From assembly GCA_015233115.1 (NCBI GenBank), contig JADFYJ010000010.1:5083-69082 (forward strand): DNA of 64,000 nucleotides. Direction: 5' to 3'. Both the position numbers and the translations under genes were made by a program. The stretch is from Candidatus Omnitrophota bacterium (lineage in GTDB: Bacteria > Omnitrophota > Gorgyraeia > Zapsychrales > Zapsychraceae). Numbering within the stretch: the first letter of the stretch is position 1; the number at the start of each line of letters is the position of its first letter. This document shows, piece by piece, positions 20,043 through 29,249 of the stretch. Under the pieces are notes generated by a model. It was not told where the DNA came from. It ran no database searches and was given only the letters and a program-made list of their open reading frames with translations.

Positions 20043-20402
20043 TTATTTCGATAAAATCATATTTAAAGAAACTAACAAAAGAAACATTCCAAATAAACGT
20101 TTTAAATGCAGGTCAGAAAGATTTTGTGCTAAATTGGCGCCCCATAAGCCGCCAAAAAGAAAACCAATACAGATAAAAGTGACCACTGTTAAATTAACGT
20201 GTCCGCTCTGATAATAACGCCATGCAGCCAGCAAGCCAATTGGAGGAACCAAAATGGCCAGCGTAGTCCCTTGCGCCTGATGTTGAGTGAAACCGAACAT
20301 ATAAGTCAAAGCAGGAATAATAATCAAACCGCCGCCGATTCCCAAAATACCGGCCATGGTCCCCGCGACTAAACCAATAATCATGTACAAAAGAATTTTC
20401 AT
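20043..20402 (-). CDS. Small TSUP (TauE/SafE) family membrane protein, half-size 4-TM form.
   Basis: GILGIGGGLIIIPAL motif characteristic of TSUP transporters. Confidence 0.65.
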   Translation of the reverse strand: MKILLYMIIGLVAGTMAGILGIGGGLIIIPALTYMFGFTQHQAQGTTLAILVPPIGLLAAWRYYQSGHVNLTVVTFICIGFLFGGLWGANLAQNLSDLHLKRLFGMFLLLVSLNMILSK

Positions 20403-20780
20403 TTACTTTTTTTTATTTTTTAAAAGTTCTACTATTTTAGCGCTTAAAACATCCAAATCAAAGGGCTTTGTCATATAAAAATCCGCACCAATAACCCGGC
20501 CGATCACCCGGTCCGCATCTGAATCTTTTGAGGTCAGCATGATAATCGGGGTTTTTGCTATTTTCGCGTCACTTCGGATCTCTTTGCAAACAGCTTCACC
20601 GGGCAATTGCGGCAGTTTCAAATCCAAAATAATTAAATCAGGGTTACGGAGCCTTGCCTTCTCCAGCCCTTCTTTACCATTAGCCGCGATCGCGACATCA
20701 TAACCCGCATCTTCCAATACAAACCTAACCGTCTTTGTAATATCCACTTCATCATCGATCATGAGTATCATTTCGTGCAT
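20403..20780 (-). CDS. Single-domain response regulator (REC).
   Basis: ILMIDDEVDI...LIILDLKLP...K motifs. Directly abuts the TSUP gene. Confidence 0.8.
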   Translation of the reverse strand: MHEMILMIDDEVDITKTVRFVLEDAGYDVAIAANGKEGLEKARLRNPDLIILDLKLPQLPGEAVCKEIRSDAKIAKTPIIMLTSKDSDADRVIGRVIGADFYMTKPFDLDVLSAKIVELLKNKKK

Positions 20781-20810
20781 AATTAACTCCTGCTTGATAT
20801 ATGTTCATGA

Positions 20811-22916
20811 TTACACTGGTACAGGGTCCCGCTTTTCTTGTTCCACCGAAAAAGAAAAATAAAAAGAACTGCCTTTATTTAACTCTGACTCTACCCAAAT
20901 TTTACCACCTTGCGCCTCAATCAGACCCTTAGTGATCGCCAACCCCAAACCACTGCCCCCTTCATGACGAACCCGGACATCAGATGATCTATAAAACTTA
21001 TTAAATATTTGCTGTGAATCCTCCCGCGACATTCCAAAGCCTGTATCCGTCACACTAGCTTGAACTTCCCATCCTTTATCTTCTATTATAACAGTTACCT
21101 CCCCATTTTCTGGAGTAAATTTTATAGCATTGTGAATTAGATTTGTAAAAACTCTTCGCGTCTTTTCCGGATCAATCAAAATGACCACTAATTCTTTTTC
21201 TGCCGAAATCCGCAAACTAATCTTTTTTTCATCCGCGTAAGATTGCAAAGCGGCCATCACTTCCCTGGCCAAAACAAAAAGGTTAGTAGGCACTTTGTAT
21301 ACCGTCAAAACACCCGCTTCAATTTTTGAAATATCTAAAAGATCACTGACAATACGCGCCAACCGGTCCGTATTATTTAAAATCATTTCCAAAAATTCTT
21401 TCCGGTCATCAGTATCCATTTTCCCAGAAGCCCCATCTTTTAATAATATCGTAGCCGCATTTTTTACCGAAGTTAAAGGCGTCCTTAACTCATGAGAAAC
21501 GATCGCGACAAAATCATTCTTCATCTTATCCACTGAATTTAATTTTTCATTCATTTCATTAACCAATGCAATCATAGTCTCTCTTCGTTTTAACGCGATA
21601 AAAAAAACGACCGTCAGAATACAAACGAACATAGTAAAAAAAATGCTTAACAAACGATATTGAATTATCGGCGAAGCGGAAATATTTTTCTTCAAAACTA
21701 CGACGCCCAAAATTTTATCTTTCTCATCTTTAATAGGAAAACTCACATAATAAACTCTTTGGGCATAAATAGCCCCTAAAGTAAAATAATATCCAGTCTT
21801 GCCATTCATGGCTTGTTTAAAGTACGAGGCAGAAACAAACGATTGATCCGTGGCTGTCCCCAAAGCATTCCCTCCAATGCTCAACACAGTTTTGCCGCCA
21901 ACATCCAGCATAAAAAACTCCACACTACTAAATTTTCCCATATAATCCTGAATCATCAAAACCGCCCGAGTCAAATCTTTGTCTTGGCGAGTCAAAAGCG
22001 CGGTCTTGACCGGACGAGAATGGCTAATAACTTTTCCGATTTTTTCTAATTGAGCCAATTCTTTGATAAGACGATTAAATGGTGAATATTCACTCTCCCG
22101 GCTTTTTTTAATGAGTTGAATTCCCGCGTAATAATCCAAGTAGTTCGTAAAAACCCAACCTGCCCCGATAAAAATGATCAAGGTTATCAAAATGATCCAT
22201 TTGGAAGGCTTTAAATAGACAAAAGGTTTTTTAGATAAAAGTTCGTTTCTTTGCGGAGTATAGGGGTAAAACCATAACGCCATAGCAGAAACTAATGCCA
22301 ACATTCCTCGCACCAACTGAACCGGAACTCCTATTTGCTGATAAAAAAATTCATCATTCAGCCATGATGCCCACAAATAATCAGCTTTAGGGACGATCAA
22401 TCCAGATAAAATAGCATAAACAAATAACCCAATACTTAAAACCCGCAAAGAATTTCTTTTAGACGGATTTGCTTGTGAAGCAGAGAAAATAATCCACGCC
22501 GATAATACACCAGCAGGGAATCCCACAAAATATCTGAACGTGATATTTAAACCGAGCAATCCTCCCTGAATACCCGAAAACGCCAAAGGCAGTATAAACG
22601 CGTATACCCACAAACTTCCTAATTTTTTCCCTTGCAACCGAAAGCCTATTCTCGCGAACTCCCAAAAACATATATACGAAAAAAATAAAACAGCTAAATG
22701 AGCAGCAGAAAAAGTAAAACTTAAATCATGGTTAATCTCCAGAATTTCCATCCACTCATTCAATCCATGAACCAAACCAAATAAACCTAACCAAAACCAA
22801 GGCAATAATTGTTCCCGATCATGGCGGAGACTGAAGCACAAAATCGACAATAAGAAGAAGGCGAGTCCATAAAAAAAATACACATAATCGTATTGAACAT
22901 TGAAAAAATTTTGCAT
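20811..22916 (-). CDS. Sensor histidine kinase: N-terminal multi-TM (7TMR-like) region, internal extracytoplasmic Cache-like domain, HisKA and HATPase_c.
   Basis: SHELRTPLTSV H-box, N box (HNAIKFT), DTGFGM, GGSGLGL. Confidence 0.8.
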   Translation of the reverse strand: MQNFFNVQYDYVYFFYGLAFFLLSILCFSLRHDREQLLPWFWLGLFGLVHGLNEWMEILEINHDLSFTFSAAHLAVLFFSYICFWEFARIGFRLQGKKLGSLWVYAFILPLAFSGIQGGLLGLNITFRYFVGFPAGVLSAWIIFSASQANPSKRNSLRVLSIGLFVYAILSGLIVPKADYLWASWLNDEFFYQQIGVPVQLVRGMLALVSAMALWFYPYTPQRNELLSKKPFVYLKPSKWIILITLIIFIGAGWVFTNYLDYYAGIQLIKKSRESEYSPFNRLIKELAQLEKIGKVISHSRPVKTALLTRQDKDLTRAVLMIQDYMGKFSSVEFFMLDVGGKTVLSIGGNALGTATDQSFVSASYFKQAMNGKTGYYFTLGAIYAQRVYYVSFPIKDEKDKILGVVVLKKNISASPIIQYRLLSIFFTMFVCILTVVFFIALKRRETMIALVNEMNEKLNSVDKMKNDFVAIVSHELRTPLTSVKNAATILLKDGASGKMDTDDRKEFLEMILNNTDRLARIVSDLLDISKIEAGVLTVYKVPTNLFVLAREVMAALQSYADEKKISLRISAEKELVVILIDPEKTRRVFTNLIHNAIKFTPENGEVTVIIEDKGWEVQASVTDTGFGMSREDSQQIFNKFYRSSDVRVRHEGGSGLGLAITKGLIEAQGGKIWVESELNKGSSFYFSFSVEQEKRDPVPV

Positions 22917-22983
22917 ACATCTCTTTCGTTAAAATATCAAACGCATGTTTACATTATAAATCAATTTTCCAAATAAATAACAT

Positions 22984-23014
22984 AAAAAAACGGGGAGGGT
23001 TTAAACCCTCCCCG
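22984..23014 (-). terminator. Rho-independent terminator downstream of the multicopper-oxidase gene: CGGGGAGGGTTTAAACCCTCCCCG hairpin with a U7 tail on the minus strand (and an A-tract on the other side).
   Basis: Perfect 10-bp GC-rich stem with a 4-nt loop, followed by TTTTTTT on the minus-strand transcript. Confidence 0.75.
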
Positions 23015-23037
23015 TCTCATATTATCGATTTACTTTT

Positions 23038-26000
23038 TTACGGGGTTGTAACATTTAATGTTACCCACGCTGATGTACTCACTGTATTAGTTGCTTGTAT
23101 CCGATAATAATAGGTAGTGCCTCGGCTCAAACCTAAATTCAAATAGGATCTAGCTGTAGAAGCAACCACATACTTAGTCACATTTTGAGTAAAGGCAGAA
23201 TCTGTCGCCCTTTGGATCGAGAATCCTGTCAAAGGTGTTCCGGTTTCCTGCCAAGAAAGCAAAACTTGCGCCATAATCGTTCCGAACAGTGACGCAGATC
23301 CCGCAAAACTCGTCGGGGCTGCTAAAATGGCAGCCGACGGCGTGACGCTATTCGTTGCTGCTGATGCCGCGCTGGTTCCGATGGCGTTCGTTGCGGTTAC
23401 GGTAAACGTATACGCTGTGCCATTCGTTAATCCTGTCACCACTATCGGCGCCGCATTCGTTGTTCCAACTCCGACTATACCTCCGGGGTTAGACGTCGCG
23501 GTATATCCTGTGATCACACTCCCGCCATTCGATGCTGGAGCTGTGAAACTTACAGTTGCTTGCGCGTTTCCTGCCACTGCACTTGCTGCGGTCGGTGCGC
23601 CTGGGACTGTTGCTGGAGCCAATGGTGTTACACTATTCGTCGGTGCTGATGCCGCGCTGGTTCCAATGGCGTTCGTTGCGGTTACGGTAAACGTATACGC
23701 TGTGCCATTCGTTAATCCTGTCACCACTATCGGCGCCGCATTCGTTGTTCCAACTCCGACTATACCTCCGGGGTTAGACGTCGCGGTATATCCTGTGATC
23801 ACACTCCCGCCATTCGATGCTGGAGCTGTGAAACTTACAGTTGCTTGCGCGTTTCCTGCCACTGCACTTGCCGCAGTTGGTGCGCCTGGGACTGTAACAA
23901 CAACTGGAACAAACGTAAACCTAAAAGCATCCGCGACAACAATTCCATTGGTGGTTCCTGTTGTCCGGATCCGTACAAAACCAGTTTGCCCTGCGGCAAA
24001 CGTATATGTCCCAATGGGGAACCACTGACTGCCATTCAGTCGCTCATTCACATTGACTGTGCTGATCCCGGTTGTTGAAGAAACATCAACAGGAACAGCG
24101 GTGGCCTGATTAGCTCGGGCAGGATACCACATTTCTACTTTATATTGTCCTGCCGTCGGAAGATTAGGCTTAAACGTGAACGTCTTGGTCCCTTTCCCTG
24201 TATTATTATCCGTCCGGTAATTGGTTGCCCAATATCCGGCATTCGTGGTTGCCGTGGTCCATGTTCCAACAATAGCTATTGCTGGTACAGGGTCAGCATT
24301 GTCCACAATAATCGGCGGCTGTGTCGGAATCACAGTATTTGACGGGATTGAAGGCAACCCTGTCCCCACAGCGTTAGTCGCTGTGACTGTAAACGTATAC
24401 GCCGTACCATTCGTTAAACCTGAAACGACAATCGGACTTGATGCTCCAAGAGCTATTATGCTTCCAGGATTAGACGTCACGGTATATCCTGTAATCGGAC
24501 TGCCGCCAGTTCCTATCGGCGGATTAAAGCTTACTGTGGCCTGAGCATTGCCAGCTACTGCTGTCACTGCCATTGGTTCAGGCGGAACAGTTTGGAATAT
24601 GACCGGACGCATCATATCCATCTCTTCATGACCGAGCAAGTGACAATGCCAGACGTATTCATTTCCGAAATTGGTCATCTGATTAACCACCGTAATCGGT
24701 CCGCCAGTGAGAGGATCAAAACTACTAAATGTCGTTCCTAACGGCATCGTCGGATCCAAAGGCCGGATACTGTCTGGCACAGCGAATGGAACATTCTTTT
24801 GCGAAATCGGTCTTAACGCCACAATCGCATCTTCCAATGGATTCATCCTCACTGTATCCTTCCATCCCAGCTCATTAGGTTCTGGCGGCTTAACAACTCC
24901 AGCCCAGTCAACCCGGTTAATCAGCTGAACATTGAATAAGTGAAAATGAATCGCATGTGTATCTACCCCATTATGGGTGACTTTCCAAATTTGGGTTTCA
25001 CCATCTTTAATAATTTCCGTCGCCGGAGCGATATACCCTAGAGGAACAGTCGTTTGAGTATTGGAATTTGTAAACGGCAATTCAACACCCAAAATAGAAT
25101 TCATCCGACCATAATCAAGTTCAAAAAGCTCTTGTATGGCCTTGGGCTTCATCGGCATGGTGATCGGTGCTGTCGCCCCAATAGGAGTGTAAGTTAATGA
25201 CGTGTCTTGTATCTTTGAATATACATTTGGTAGAGTCTTTCCATACGCTGGACCATAAGCAGCTTGCGGCACTAAAGGCGCAGGCTGAGACGCCACAAAT
25301 GCGGCCGGTAATGCTGACTGCAAAGCGGCTAAATTAAATGCCGGATCTGCTGTCGGACTAGATACCTGGAATTGCATAATGGTACGGGTATTAGGACCAT
25401 AACCAGGCAACGTCGTTGGCGCACCGCCGATAGCCGTTTGATCCAGATCGCCGGTATAATAATCTAAGCGGGGATCGCCTGCCGGAACCGGCGCAGGAGA
25501 ATCATTATAGAGAATAATTTTTGAACCGTCCGGAACTTGCGAAAAGTCAATGATGACATCAGCCCGTTCAGCCGGCCCTAAAAACAAATTATGTTCTTTA
25601 ACATTCAAAACCGTAATACTTCTTTTATCCAAATCGTAACCAATGGGGATATTAGGAAGTACAACCGGCGCTGGCAAAAATCCGCCTTCTGTACCGATCT
25701 GAATCATGGATGGACCAACCATCGTCGGGTCTGGCCATCCGCCATTTCTGCCATCTGGTGTCGGCCATCCTGTCGGCCAAACGCCAGGGATAGCTGGAAC
25801 TGTTTTAATTTCCGTCGGATTTGCCGGATCAACATAATACAATTGCAAATTAAGGAAGCGGTCATTACAAGCATTTAAAATACGAAACCGGTATGCTTTG
25901 CGAGCAACCTTTACATAAGGATAAGCTGTCCCATTCACCAACGGCGTATCCATAAATGCTTCCATAACCATGGATGTATCCGGTGTACCAGGCTTTTGAA

Positions 26001-27228
26001 ATCCAGTTACAGGGTCTACAACCGGACCATGAACCAGACCAGCTGCTGTCGTGACTGGCGGCCAAAACCAGGGGCCATAATCCCAACGGCCAAACGCATT
26101 AACACCTAATGGGTCATTAGGATTCTGATTCGGCATATACACATGAGGAAACCATAAATCGCCCGTCATAGGCATCCCTGGCATAGATCCGGAATTCCAA
26201 GTAGGATCTGTGGCCGCGATCTTAGTTGCATCCACAAAAGTTTTATCCTGAATAATCAAAGGAATACCATAATGATAAACACCGCCTAAATCCGGAAGAA
26301 CTTTTTGTGTGCTGATCAAATTCTCTTCAGTCGGATCTGATAACACATAACCTGCGGCCTCACCTGCATAAACATTCAAGCGCGTAATACCAAAGGCGTG
26401 ATCATGATAAAACATGAGGCGTGCGCTTTGTTGATTCGTATAAAAAAACGTTTGCGAACCATCGCCTGGATCAGGCATGTCCGGGACATTGGTCACACTG
26501 ACACCTTTAGGGTAGGAAGTAATTTCTCCAGCTGGAGTGATCCATTGGTGCGGAGTGCCGTCGCTAATCCAAGGAGTGTTGCCCCCATGAAGATGCAAGG
26601 TAGCCCGGTTTTGAGTATAACTTTCTTTCATGCCCGGCATGCCTGGCATATCCGTCGGCCCCATCCCTGCTCCCATCACAGTTGTATCAACCGGGATAAA
26701 TAAATTACCGCCTGCGCCGGTCGGAAGTAAATTTGTAAACTTCACGCGCGTCGGACGGTTCATCTGGGCAATAATAACCGGCCCCAAATAATGCGGTTGC
26801 GGCCACGCTGTGATCTTCCCAGTAAGCGGATCACGAGTCGCCGGGTTAGCCGGATCATTCAATTGGACATAACCTCGCATCTTGGTTCCAGATTTGGGCA
26901 AATCAGAATGCATCTGTTCATTATATTCGACCAACCCAATTTCATAATAATCAGATCCGGGATAAGTTACCGTATCTGCTACAGCGACAGGAATAAACTG
27001 TCCCAGATTATTCGCGTTAGACGCTCCTAACCCAGGCAAAGAATCCACAAACTTTCTTAATAGCGGACTATTCGTCCAATTGGGAACATTAAAATAATCC
27101 GGAGCTGCTCCAGGAGTAGCCATAGGCATAGTTTGCGCTGAAACGTTAGGTGCAGTATATCCTCCCAAAACCATCATAAGCGTCAAAGCCAAGCTGGTTA
27201 ATTTTCGGGTCAAAGTATTCTTATTCAT
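23038..27228 (-). CDS. Giant secreted multicopper oxidase (three-cupredoxin laccase/CotA type) with several C-terminal fibronectin type III repeats and a beta-sandwich (carbohydrate-binding-like) domain. The likely start is MNKNTL at 27228, with an AAGGAGG RBS.
   Basis: All four MCO copper-ligand motifs are present: HLHGG, HDH, HAIHFH and WHCHLLGHEEMDMM. Sec signal peptide. Three FN3-like units share the motif AVAGNAQATVSF...SNGGS.ITGYT...VTGLTNGTAYTFTVTATN. The track ORF extends to 27318, but the in-frame ATG with an RBS is at 27228. Confidence 0.8.
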   Translation of the reverse strand: MNKNTLTRKLTSLALTLMMVLGGYTAPNVSAQTMPMATPGAAPDYFNVPNWTNSPLLRKFVDSLPGLGASNANNLGQFIPVAVADTVTYPGSDYYEIGLVEYNEQMHSDLPKSGTKMRGYVQLNDPANPATRDPLTGKITAWPQPHYLGPVIIAQMNRPTRVKFTNLLPTGAGGNLFIPVDTTVMGAGMGPTDMPGMPGMKESYTQNRATLHLHGGNTPWISDGTPHQWITPAGEITSYPKGVSVTNVPDMPDPGDGSQTFFYTNQQSARLMFYHDHAFGITRLNVYAGEAAGYVLSDPTEENLISTQKVLPDLGGVYHYGIPLIIQDKTFVDATKIAATDPTWNSGSMPGMPMTGDLWFPHVYMPNQNPNDPLGVNAFGRWDYGPWFWPPVTTAAGLVHGPVVDPVTGFQKPGTPDTSMVMEAFMDTPLVNGTAYPYVKVARKAYRFRILNACNDRFLNLQLYYVDPANPTEIKTVPAIPGVWPTGWPTPDGRNGGWPDPTMVGPSMIQIGTEGGFLPAPVVLPNIPIGYDLDKRSITVLNVKEHNLFLGPAERADVIIDFSQVPDGSKIILYNDSPAPVPAGDPRLDYYTGDLDQTAIGGAPTTLPGYGPNTRTIMQFQVSSPTADPAFNLAALQSALPAAFVASQPAPLVPQAAYGPAYGKTLPNVYSKIQDTSLTYTPIGATAPITMPMKPKAIQELFELDYGRMNSILGVELPFTNSNTQTTVPLGYIAPATEIIKDGETQIWKVTHNGVDTHAIHFHLFNVQLINRVDWAGVVKPPEPNELGWKDTVRMNPLEDAIVALRPISQKNVPFAVPDSIRPLDPTMPLGTTFSSFDPLTGGPITVVNQMTNFGNEYVWHCHLLGHEEMDMMRPVIFQTVPPEPMAVTAVAGNAQATVSFNPPIGTGGSPITGYTVTSNPGSIIALGASSPIVVSGLTNGTAYTFTVTATNAVGTGLPSIPSNTVIPTQPPIIVDNADPVPAIAIVGTWTTATTNAGYWATNYRTDNNTGKGTKTFTFKPNLPTAGQYKVEMWYPARANQATAVPVDVSSTTGISTVNVNERLNGSQWFPIGTYTFAAGQTGFVRIRTTGTTNGIVVADAFRFTFVPVVVTVPGAPTAASAVAGNAQATVSFTAPASNGGSVITGYTATSNPGGIVGVGTTNAAPIVVTGLTNGTAYTFTVTATNAIGTSAASAPTNSVTPLAPATVPGAPTAASAVAGNAQATVSFTAPASNGGSVITGYTATSNPGGIVGVGTTNAAPIVVTGLTNGTAYTFTVTATNAIGTSAASAATNSVTPSAAILAAPTSFAGSASLFGTIMAQVLLSWQETGTPLTGFSIQRATDSAFTQNVTKYVVASTARSYLNLGLSRGTTYYYRIQATNTVSTSAWVTLNVTTP
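23331..23880. repeat. Near-identical tandem duplication of about 288 bp (two copies) inside the MCO gene, each encoding one FN3 repeat. A third, diverged copy lies at about 24330-24600.
   Basis: The two DNA copies, starting about 23331 and about 23620, are identical over more than 250 nt apart from a few substitutions. Confidence 0.85.
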
Positions 27229-27526
27229 TTTTACCTCCTTCACCCATTCCGCAGGCAGCACCAGAAACTGTGGTTGTTTCAACCGGCCCGTCGTTGGTTG
27301 TGCTAAGAGTTGCCGCATTTTGTTGCTCAGATCGACGAGCTGCCGCTGCTTCTCTTTGCTCTGTGGTCACGCGTTTCATTCGGCGTTGCATGATGGCTTG
27401 TGCATCATGACTTTTCAACGGCGGCTGAGGCGTTTGTTCCTGCGCCCGAACCTGAGCAACGCCTGCCCAAAGAGCAGTAGCACTCAGAAGCACACTTCCC
27501 ATGATAATAAGTTTATTCTTGTTCAT
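27221..27526 (-). CDS. Small (101 aa) secreted protein of unknown function encoded immediately upstream of the MCO gene, overlapping its start by 8 nt.
   Basis: AAGGAGG RBS 5 nt before the ATG at 27526. Signal peptide MNKNKLIIMGSVLLSATALWAGVAQVRA, a Q/R/A-rich middle and a C-terminal ...SGAACGMGEGG. Confidence 0.45.
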   Translation of the reverse strand: MNKNKLIIMGSVLLSATALWAGVAQVRAQEQTPQPPLKSHDAQAIMQRRMKRVTTEQREAAAARRSEQQNAATLSTTNDGPVETTTVSGAACGMGEGGKNE

Positions 27527-27667
27527 GATTCCTCCTTAATACTTACGTTTTTATTATTTTTCTGTCATAGATTAATTCGAATTGATGTTCTTTAAAAAAT
27601 TATAAAACATTTTAAACTTTTAAAAATCGGCATTTTCCACCAGCTATTGACTTTTTTCCACCTGATT

Positions 27668-27697
27668 CCATAATTACAAAAAAACCCTGTACCATGC
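27668..27697 (-). terminator. Rho-independent terminator after the yqjE-like gene: CCCTGTATCGCATGGTACAGGG hairpin with a U7 tail on the minus strand.
   Basis: 7-bp stem with an 8-nt loop, followed by TTTTTTT on the minus-strand transcript. Confidence 0.65.
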
Positions 27698-27727
27698 GAT
27701 ACAGGGCTACCATTGTTCGATCATCGT

Positions 27728-28144
27728 TTATTTATTGGCATTCTCGCCTTGATTAGATTTATTTTTTATTGCATAATTTACAACGTGGTGAATTTCTGAG
27801 AAATGCGCCCAGGTTTTTTCGCTGAACAAATAAGTTAGAACACCAACCGCGGCAATAAGCTCGACGACACCCAATAAAAGTGCCGCAGAAAATTTCATTT
27901 CAACGGTCCAGCCGGAATAAGCGAAAAGAGCGATGTGTAACAAAAGTAAACCGGAGACAAACATAATAAAAGCAAACAACCATAATAATGCGCCTATATG
28001 GAAAGTTCGAATTTTCTTTATTCCTAAGACATACGCTCTCGCGGCTTTAATCTTGAATATAGATACTCGGCCTTCAACCTTTTTGCCCATAACCATCAAA
28101 GACAAAAAAAACATAATTTTACGCATCATATTTACAATTGTCAT
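27728..28144 (-). CDS. YqjE-like / 'phage holin family' (DUF1469) small membrane protein, partner of the adjacent DUF883 gene.
   Basis: Two to three TM helices. Position directly downstream of a YqjD/ElaB-like gene, as in the E. coli yqjD-yqjE-yqjK module. Confidence 0.45.
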   Translation of the reverse strand: MTIVNMMRKIMFFLSLMVMGKKVEGRVSIFKIKAARAYVLGIKKIRTFHIGALLWLFAFIMFVSGLLLLHIALFAYSGWTVEMKFSAALLLGVVELIAAVGVLTYLFSEKTWAHFSEIHHVVNYAIKNKSNQGENANK

Positions 28145-28157
28145 ATTCTTTCCAATT

Positions 28158-28463
28158 CTATCGTCGTTTTGATCCCATAAAATAGCCTAGGACAATGGAA
28201 AACAATGCCACACCACCGATATATGGCCACGGATTTTCCCTCACTTGAGCATCCACGACCTTAACCGTTTCCAGGGCTTTCTTTTTGCCTTCTTCGATAA
28301 TCTGTTTTCCGTGATTAGCCCCTTCCATAACAGCCTGCTTCATGCTTAAATATTTTTCAGACATTAAATCCTTTAACTCGTTTTTCTTCTCTTTAGCTGC
28401 TTCATTCAACAGTTCCAGAGCTTCCGTGATCTTGGCATTAGTAGTTTTCGTAATATTTTCCAT
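28158..28463 (-). CDS. DUF883 (YqjD/ElaB/YgaM family) membrane-anchored protein.
   Basis: N-terminal coiled-coil. The C-terminal ENPWPYIGGVALFSIVLGYFMG tail-anchor is a hallmark of ElaB/YqjD. Confidence 0.7.
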   Translation of the reverse strand: MENITKTTNAKITEALELLNEAAKEKKNELKDLMSEKYLSMKQAVMEGANHGKQIIEEGKKKALETVKVVDAQVRENPWPYIGGVALFSIVLGYFMGSKRR

Positions 28464-28508
28464 GTTTTTTTCTCCTATTATGAGTGCTAGCCTTGGGGCA
28501 TTAATAAA

Positions 28509-28676
28509 TTAAGTTTTTTTTCCCATTAAAAAATAAAGGGCCATACCTACTATTGGCAAAACCAGTATTAAAATAATCCATAAAGCTTTACTCCCCGTCG
28601 ACATTGTGCTTTTTAAGACATCAATAATGGCAATAATGTCTAATACAAAAATAATGAGCCCTAATAATCCATACAT
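28509..28676 (-). CDS. Unlisted small ORF (55 aa) encoding a PLDc_N-type two-TM membrane protein: MYGLLGLIIFVLDIIAIIDVLKSTMSTGSKALWIILILVLPIVGMALYFLMGKKT.
   Basis: Not in the ORF track (under 60 aa). AGGAGG RBS upstream of the ATG at 28676. The 'DIIAIIDVLKS...KALWIILILVLPIVGxxLYFLMG' pattern matches the PLD nuclease N-terminal small-protein family. Confidence 0.55.
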   Translation of the reverse strand: MYGLLGLIIFVLDIIAIIDVLKSTMSTGSKALWIILILVLPIVGMALYFLMGKKT

Positions 28677-28684
28677 AAGACCTC

Positions 28685-29146
28685 CTATTCATTCAACAAA
28701 GACACGCGGTTATTTTGAATTTGCGGTAAAACCCTTGCGAAAGAAACCATCATTTCGTCGATGGATTTGAGCCTGGACACCTTCACATTATTTTGATTCA
28801 GCTTCACCTCATATCCAGTTTGCTCTTTAATAATTTTTTCAATGCTGGCTGTTGTGCAATGTTTAGAATCAAATTTAACCTGTTTCATATTTTTTAAATC
28901 CAGAGAACTTCTAAACGTTCCCGGAAGATAAATCGTTCCATTATTAAAATCAACCGCGTATGCAATAACTCCAGGAATAAGGAAAAATAACAATCCAATT
29001 CCATCTAGCACGGCCACTCCCACATCAATTCTTCCACTTCTTTGACCTTTTCGTTCCGGATATAAAATGGTTCCACAACCAGTTAATTGAACAATCAATA
29101 ACGCGCTGATTAATACATTTAAAAATTTTTTTAATTTGTCCGCCAT
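28685..29146 (-). CDS. Predicted lipoprotein of unknown function.
   Basis: Signal peptide with a lipobox-like LTGC. Confidence 0.4.
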   Translation of the reverse strand: MADKLKKFLNVLISALLIVQLTGCGTILYPERKGQRSGRIDVGVAVLDGIGLLFFLIPGVIAYAVDFNNGTIYLPGTFRSSLDLKNMKQVKFDSKHCTTASIEKIIKEQTGYEVKLNQNNVKVSRLKSIDEMMVSFARVLPQIQNNRVSLLNE

Positions 29147-29249
29147 ATATTCTCCTTTACCTTTTTTAACGTGGATATGACTAATTTAGTTTGACATTAT
29201 TCTGAAAAATGAATATTGGATGAATCCTCTATCTTTTGACTTTATTCCA

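Noticed and set aside
23327-24544. Plus-strand ORFs of 233, 107 and 77 aa inside the multicopper-oxidase gene.
   Set aside because: They are antisense shadows of the repetitive, GC-richer FN3-coding region. Their Ala/Val/Pro/Thr-rich translations mirror the sense-strand repeats, and they have no RBS or independent start context.
23331-24600. Possible CRISPR array suggested by about 290-bp near-identical direct repeats.
   Set aside because: The repeat period of about 288 bp is far too long. The repeats are in-frame coding sequence for FN3 domains, and there is no repeat-spacer structure and no cas genes.
27728-28144. Prophage remnant suggested by a 'phage holin family' membrane protein.
   Set aside because: No phage structural, integrase or lysis genes are nearby. 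The gene pairs with a DUF883/ElaB-type gene, as in the chromosomal yqjD-yqjE stress module, so the holin label is a family name only.
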